Source: Salpingoeca rosetta (lineage: Eukaryota > Protista > Choanoflagellata). Taken from it: DNA of 43,619 nt. The stretch covers positions 529,968 to 573,586 of the forward strand of contig JAWQFM010000007.1 in the NCBI GenBank assembly GCA_033442325.1, written 5' to 3'. Below, one piece after another: positions 37,734 to 43,619 of the stretch. Numbering within the stretch: position 1 is the stretch's first letter; the number at the start of each line of letters is the position of its first letter. The position numbers were made by a program, and so were the translations under genes. The notes under the pieces were generated by a model. The model ran no database searches. It was given only the letters and a program-made list of their open reading frames with translations, and was not told the DNA's origin.

Positions 37734-38065
37734 TATTGTATTCGTCTTCTATCTCTGCAATTTCTGATGCAGTAATCGACCACGTGGCTGCGCATCTTAC
37801 AAAAAATCGTTATAGGGATGTAAAAACTTCCAGCAGCTAAGTACTGTCTGTGGAGGAAGTCTTTATGCGGCACCCAAACTGCCACTTCTCACAAAATGCG
37901 ATGCAACAATTTAATCAGGTTGATGCTGTCAAAGCAGTCTGAGGCCTCACATTCTGGGACTACTGTACGCAACGGGTCTTGATCCGTTATAATGTGCTTT
38001 ATTGCCAAGAAAATCCCCACAACAGCGTACGCACTCGTCATCATAGACTATTCATTCAGGGTGGT

Positions 38066-38120
<55 letters not shown>

Positions 38121-39148
38121 TTGATTGCTTCTGTCTTTATCTCGCTATCTTATTTTCTCTCTCTCTCAACCCCCCCCTCTCTCAACCCCCTTGTCCCCTC
38201 TCACTCCCACTGCCTGCCTGACTCCCTCACTCCCTGCACCCGTTGCCCCACACACCCCTCTCACCCGCACTTTCACGCCTGTTATCGTGCCATGTCCTCA
38301 TCTGCTCAGAGCGAGGACGATCGGGCAAGCCAGCGGCTGACGGCGGCGTTCGTTCGTGAACTTGACGCTGTGCACGTGAGATCCCCCTCCCACCCACCAA
38401 GCTACTGCTATTTCTTGTTGCTGCTTTCATTGTTGACTGGCTTGTTCCTCCCCTCCTCTCCTTGCACGGTGGCCATTGTACTTCTGTCAGCGTGCGTGTC
38501 GATGTCTCGCAGAGTTTGGCAACCACGTCTTGCGCAGCCGCTACCACCATCCTCACTTTGTTTTTTTTGTTTTTCCGCGTGCGCCAATGGTTCTGTGCCA
38601 GGCAAATGCTGACGCGTGGGCGAGCAGCGGTGGCGGTGTGTATGTGCTGGCAACGACGCAGGACGTCAACTCCATCGATCCAGTTGGTGAGCACGAGTGG
38701 TTGTTGTGTGCATGTGTGTGTATTGTGTGTATTGTGTGCAGCGATTTGATTTGTGAGGAATGTGCTTCCATTGGCAATGTGCAATCATGACCGCCACCAA
38801 ACTACTCTACTGACACACGTGCACACACGGGCACACACGGGCACACACGTGCGTGCACGCGAGCGCTTCCTCCTTGAACCCTTACTCATGCCACACACCA
38901 CCACCACCACCACGACGGGTGTTTTGGGTGTGAATGCAGTGCTGCGGCCTGGTCGTGTGGAGACGCTGGTGCGGACAACTATTCCGACAGCAGAGGAGCG
39001 TCGAGAAATGCTCGATGAATTGATCTGGAACACCCCACTCCAGCTTGAGGTGTGATTGCGTGTGTGTGTGTATGTGTGTGTATGTGCGTGTATGTGTGTG
39101 CGTGTGTGTATGTGTGATTGCGTGTGTGTATATGTGTATGTGTGTGTA

Positions 39149-39191
<43 letters not shown>

Positions 39192-39871
39192 CATGCGGAA
39201 TGTGCACCACTGCCACCATATCTTCACCGTGCCTCTACCATGTCCTCGGTGCACATTCATGCACATGTGCGCTTATGCCAAACCCTTTGCACGGTGCGCA
39301 TGTGTCACGCCGTTGCTTTTGTTGCACTGCTTTTTGCATTGCTGTGTTTGACCTAGGATGACACGTTTGAGCTTCGAGATGATCTCGTTGACATGACTGC
39401 AGGTGAGCATCTGACCAGCCCAGGAGCGCATGCGCTCCGTGTGTGTGTGTGTGATGTGTGTGTGAGAGAGCGCGCGCGCGTGTGTGTGAGTCTGTGTCTG
39501 TGTGTGTGAGTCTGTGTGTGCCTGTGTGTGTGTGTGAGTGTGAGCGAGCGTGTGTGTCCTTCTGTCTCTGTATCTCTCCCTACCTCTCCCTGCCTCTCCC
39601 TGCTTCTCCCTGTCTCCCTGTCCCTGTCCCTCCCCGTTTCCCATCTCTATAAGTCCTTTCAAGCGCCGTGTTCGTGTCCTCACGTGCATGGTGTGTGTGT
39701 TATTGTGTGTGTGCGGAAGGGTTTTCGCATGCTGAGATTGCGCAGGTGTTTCAGGAGGCCGGCATGGCTGCGCTGCGGCAGTGGCCGCACTTTCACGATG
39801 CAGACGACCTCCACGTCCGCGGCAGGCACCTCATCTCCTGTGCTCGCAGCCTCGCACAACAGCAGCACTGA
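34800..39871 (+). CDS. CDC48/AFG2-clade double-ring AAA+ protein without an N-domain (~632 aa, 13 exons), with degenerate Walker B motifs
   Basis: Exons 34800-34968, 35115-35200, 35377-35453, 35585-35673, 35875-36177, 36421-36639, 37015-37436, 37586-37660, 38310-38375, 38602-38686, 38940-39049, 39357-39402, 39720-39871 (1899 nt, in phase). D1: [16 protein letters not shown]2: [49 protein letters not shown]. Confidence 0.8.
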
Positions 39872-40294
39872 TTCGTGTGCATGTCCGTGTACTGCTGTGT
39901 GTGCATTCGTGCATTTGCGTGCGTCAAACTACTCTTCCTTCTTCCTTGCCGCGTTTGCTTTCTCCGCTTTTTGATGAGTCAGCAGTTTATTAGCACCGTC
40001 TATTTTTGTCGTCAGCAAGCAAGCAAGCAAGAAGGAGCACGCTTTGTATGGTGTTTGCGTGCAAACAAAGAAAAAGCACGAAGATCGAAGGAGGAAGAGG
40101 AACGAACGTTTTTTTTTTTCTGACGACCGCGATGATCGTTGTTGCCGTCAGAGTGCACGACACACAAAAAAAAACACACAAGAAGCAAGCACACCACAAC
40201 AACAACAAGACGGGCACTCCTTTGTGCATCGAATCAAATTTTTGTTGGCCCACGAACAGCCGCCAAAAGAAGAGAAAAGGGACAGACAAGCACG

Positions 40295-40332
<38 letters not shown>

Positions 40333-40980
40333 AGAGAAAGAGAGACAAGCAGACAGAGACGACAGGGGAAGAGACAAGAGGCAGCGTGAAGGGCACGATC
40401 AGGTGCAGTCGGCGAGGGTGGCGGTCGGCAAATCCAGAGTCCAAGTAGAAACGAAGAAACGAGGAACCAATGTGCATGCGTGGTGTGTCTGTGAGTAAGT
40501 GTGGGTGCAAGCATGTGCATGTGTGTGTGTGTGTGTGTGATCATTTGAGTGAGAGGAGTTGGTGTTGTTGCAAGGTAGCAAGGTGCTTACCTTCCTCGCC
40601 GAGGCGAGGATGGCTCGTTGGTTGGGACGCCAAAAATGGCACCATACCAACTCACCAAAACAAAAAAAGGAGGGGAAAAAAGTGAGTGTCAGCCGTCCAC
40701 TTCCGGGACTGACTGGTACCTAAGAGAGAGAAAAAAAAGTGTGAGGGTGTGGGGGGCTTAGTACATGTGCATGTGACCGAATGTACATGTGTGTGGTGGT
40801 GGGGGGGGGGGTTGTGTGCGTGTGTCTTACCTTAATCAGTGCTGAAAGCACTTTTGGGAGGCCCGCGATGTGTTGCCACCACCACCACAGCGGTGGTGGT
40901 GGTGTGTGTGTATGTGTGTGTGTCTGGGGTGGTGTTGGTGTTGGTGGTGAGGGAGAAATGACAACGGCCTCTTTTCTCCG

Positions 40981-41059
<79 letters not shown>

Positions 41060-41060
41060 A
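40981..41060. repeat. (CAA)n microsatellite
   Basis: Directly visible perfect trinucleotide run. Confidence 0.95.
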
Positions 41061-41587
41061 CAAACAAACAAAACACACACACACACACACTGGCTGGCTG
41101 CTGGGGTTTTCTCAGCAAAGTTTCTTCCCCCATTTAACCAATCACCTGCGACAAGACAGAAGACACGCCCATCTGTCGAAAGTTTGCCAATTACAAAGCG
41201 GCAAGCGGGAGCGGCATTGACAGATTATCGTCAACGCGCCATTCACAGCCACGCCCCCTTTACCAACATTTTACCACCTGTCTTTCGGTTGGAGGTACGC
41301 CACTGCCTTTGCACAAAAGCCAAAGCTCGAGCTGTCGAGCTTTGTCAGGTATTGTTGTGGTGTCCCATTCTAGCATTCTGAGCTTTCTGTGCATTGTGTG
41401 TCAAATCATGTCACATCAACACGTTGCCTTTCATCTTTACTCAAGGACCTAAGGACACAAGGCACATGCAGAACCACAGTGCAGCAGCAGTAGCGGTAAG
41501 TTTAACACACGCCTACACAACAACACAGGCAACCAGGGTGCTTCTGTGCGGCCCGCCAACTGCAGCGCGCACTCGCACAACGCACAA

Positions 41588-42214
41588 NNNNNNNNNNNNN
41601 NNNNNNNNNNNNNNNNNNNNNNNNNNNNNNNNNNNNNNNNNNNNNNNNNNNNNNNNNNNNNNNNNNNNNNNNNNNNNNNNNNNNNNNNNNNNNNNNNNNN
41701 NNNNNNNNNNNNNNNNNNNNNNNNNNNNNNNNNNNNNNNNNNNNNNNNNNNNNNNNNNNNNNNNNNNNNNNNNNNNNNNNNNNNNNNNNNNNNNNNNNNN
41801 NNNNNNNNNNNNNNNNNNNNNNNNNNNNNNNNNNNNNNNNNNNNNNNNNNNNNNNNNNNNNNNNNNNNNNNNNNNNNNNNNNNNNNNNNNNNNNNNNNNN
41901 NNNNNNNNNNNNNNNNNNNNNNNNNNNNNNNNNNNNNNNNNNNNNNNNNNNNNNNNNNNNNNNNNNNNNNNNNNNNNNNNNNNNNNNNNNNNNNNNNNNN
42001 NNNNNNNNNNNNNNNNNNNNNNNNNNNNNNNNNNNNNNNNNNNNNNNNNNNNNNNNNNNNNNNNNNNNNNNNNNNNNNNNNNNNNNNNNNNNNNNNNNNN
42101 NNNNNNNNNNNNNNNNNNNNNNNNNNNNNNNNNNNNNNNNNNNNNNNNNNNNNNNNNNNNNNNNNNNNNNNNNNNNNNNNNNNNNNNNNNNNNNNNNNNN
42201 NNNNNNNNNNNNNN
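41588..42214. other. Assembly gap (N run)
   Basis: 627 consecutive N. Confidence 1.
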
Positions 42215-43619
42215 GATGCTGCTGATGGACTGGACGTATGGTGACCCCAGCACATGCGCGTGAAAGTGCAGTGGAACCAGTGGCTGAGTCTGTTGGCGTG
42301 CGACAAACAGCGGAGCGGAACGCGCTGCTGCGCCGCCAAGCTGTACCAGTGTTGGTGAAGCTGAACCAGCATTTGGTCTGGGTGCTGCTGCTGCTTCATG
42401 AGACAGGATATCGAGAAGGGTCACATGAGCGATGGAGAGCGGCGATGGTGGTGTTGCGGGGGAAAGGGATGACACGTTGGTGTCAATGGTGACGAACTGC
42501 ACACGTTGTTGATGTGACCGCCACCGCTCAAGGTGGAGGTACAGGGTAACAGCTGGTGTTGCAGATGACAGCATGGCGGTTGCGGTGTGCGAGCACACGT
42601 CAGCGTCTGTTGTGCCTGTGATATTTTGCAGAGGGGGAGGGAGGTCGCTCATGACACGGCGCCTGCGTTGCTGCGGCGTCAAGTCTGTCCATGCAGCAAC
42701 ACCAAAGAAGGCGCGAAAGGCGGACGCTGCCTGGGCAACAACAGGTGACGCGCCCCAACAGCCAGCTGATGCGTGCACACGCACGAGGACAGCGCCACCT
42801 CCAGTGAGGGCCAATACGCCTGTACGTGACAGATTGAGGCGAACAGTTATGCTGCCTCTGCCTCCTCCTGCTTCTAGTTTGCGTTGCGTCACGGCAACAA
42901 CAGATGGGTGCGGTGCAGTGGCGCTGGCGGTGGATCCAAGTACCGCTTCTGGATGGAGGAGGGCAGCCCGGATGTCCTGAGACTGCGCGCACCAGAGCTG
43001 TAGCGGTGTCACGTCCACGGTGACGTTGAGATGCACACCAGCAATACGAGGTGATGCTGTGGGGCTGGTCGACGTGGTGGTGGTGGTGGCTGTGTACGAC
43101 GGAGACGGGAGGTGAAGCGCCCAGTGCGCAGAAAACGGCGTAAAGGCGGTTGTCGTGGCCGTGCCGACAATAGCATGTGGTGTGCATGGGGGCGCGCCGC
43201 TTTGCACCGTGAGCGAGCAGTCCACGCGCCGAGATGATGATGATACGGGACGTGCGCGTGGCAATTGGAATGCTGGCGCACATGTTGCTCGCAGGCACGT
43301 TGTGTCGGACGTAGGATCGCATAGGACCACGGCGGGCAGCGAGGTGCTGTTTGTGAGTGCGAGGAGCGCGGGCGCAACGACGAGGCTGAATGCCAGGCGG
43401 ACATGATCTTGCGACGTCTGAAGGATGCGCACGGCAGGGTCCACGAGTTGCACCTGCGCGGTGTTGCTATTGCTTTCATTCTTGGCATTGGCAGAGCTGG
43501 AAGGTGGAAGCTTGGCAAGGGTGCTTGCGAGCTGATGGCGCTGGCGCTGTCCAACGTAAGCCAAGGGAACGTCGCCGATTGCCAGCGACACGGTGGTGGA
43601 AGAAGAAGCAGACGAAAGT
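42215..43619 (-). repeat. Apparently identical 1405-bp duplicate of 25581-26985 (internal part of exon 1 of the TMEM132-like membrane gene)
   Basis: Same ORF translations at offset 16634 (25604/42238, 25939/42573, 26521/43155). Starts immediately after the gap. Confidence 0.95.

Noticed and set aside
39872-41587. Short ORFs with poly-Q/L/V/C/S downstream of the AAA gene
   Set aside because: Derived from (CAA)n and (GCA)n repeats. No coherent exon chain or motif; treated as UTR/intergenic.
41394-43591. ORFs spanning the N gap
   Set aside because: Artefacts of translating through Ns.

Overview
Intron-rich eukaryotic DNA: GT-AG introns filled with (CA)n/(TG)n microsatellites and GC-rich exons. 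Gene content and style suggest a choanoflagellate or other unicellular holozoan such as Salpingoeca (inference only). Five protein-coding genes were reconstructed by hand. (1) A giant secreted polyprotein on the minus strand, running off the left edge. It has three bacterial-type golvesin/xanthan-lyase CBM-like domains, TNFR-like Cys repeats, and then near-identical 4938-bp (1646-aa) tandem units. The complete unit contains a TMEM132-like module followed by cohesin / polybasic furin-type sites / dockerin. (2) A 13-exon large NAD-specific glutamate dehydrogenase (GDH2 type). (3) A ~3000-aa single-pass membrane protein that appears to be a highly diverged relative of gene 1, with a cohesin-like / RxRR / dockerin-like segment, a LamG-like domain, a TM helix and a PDZ-ligand-like tail. 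(4) A GREB1-like protein: an SF2 helicase with its Walker A relocated and DEAH intact, fused to a TAGT/JGT-like glycosyltransferase. (5) A two-ring CDC48-clade AAA protein lacking the Walker B glutamate in both rings. The window ends with an N gap and a 1.4-kb copy of part of gene 3, probably an assembly artefact. The best candidate for an undescribed system is a eukaryotic, protease-processed cohesin-dockerin TMEM132-like extracellular polymer with a possible membrane anchor encoded nearby. All domain calls come from motif recognition, not database searches.
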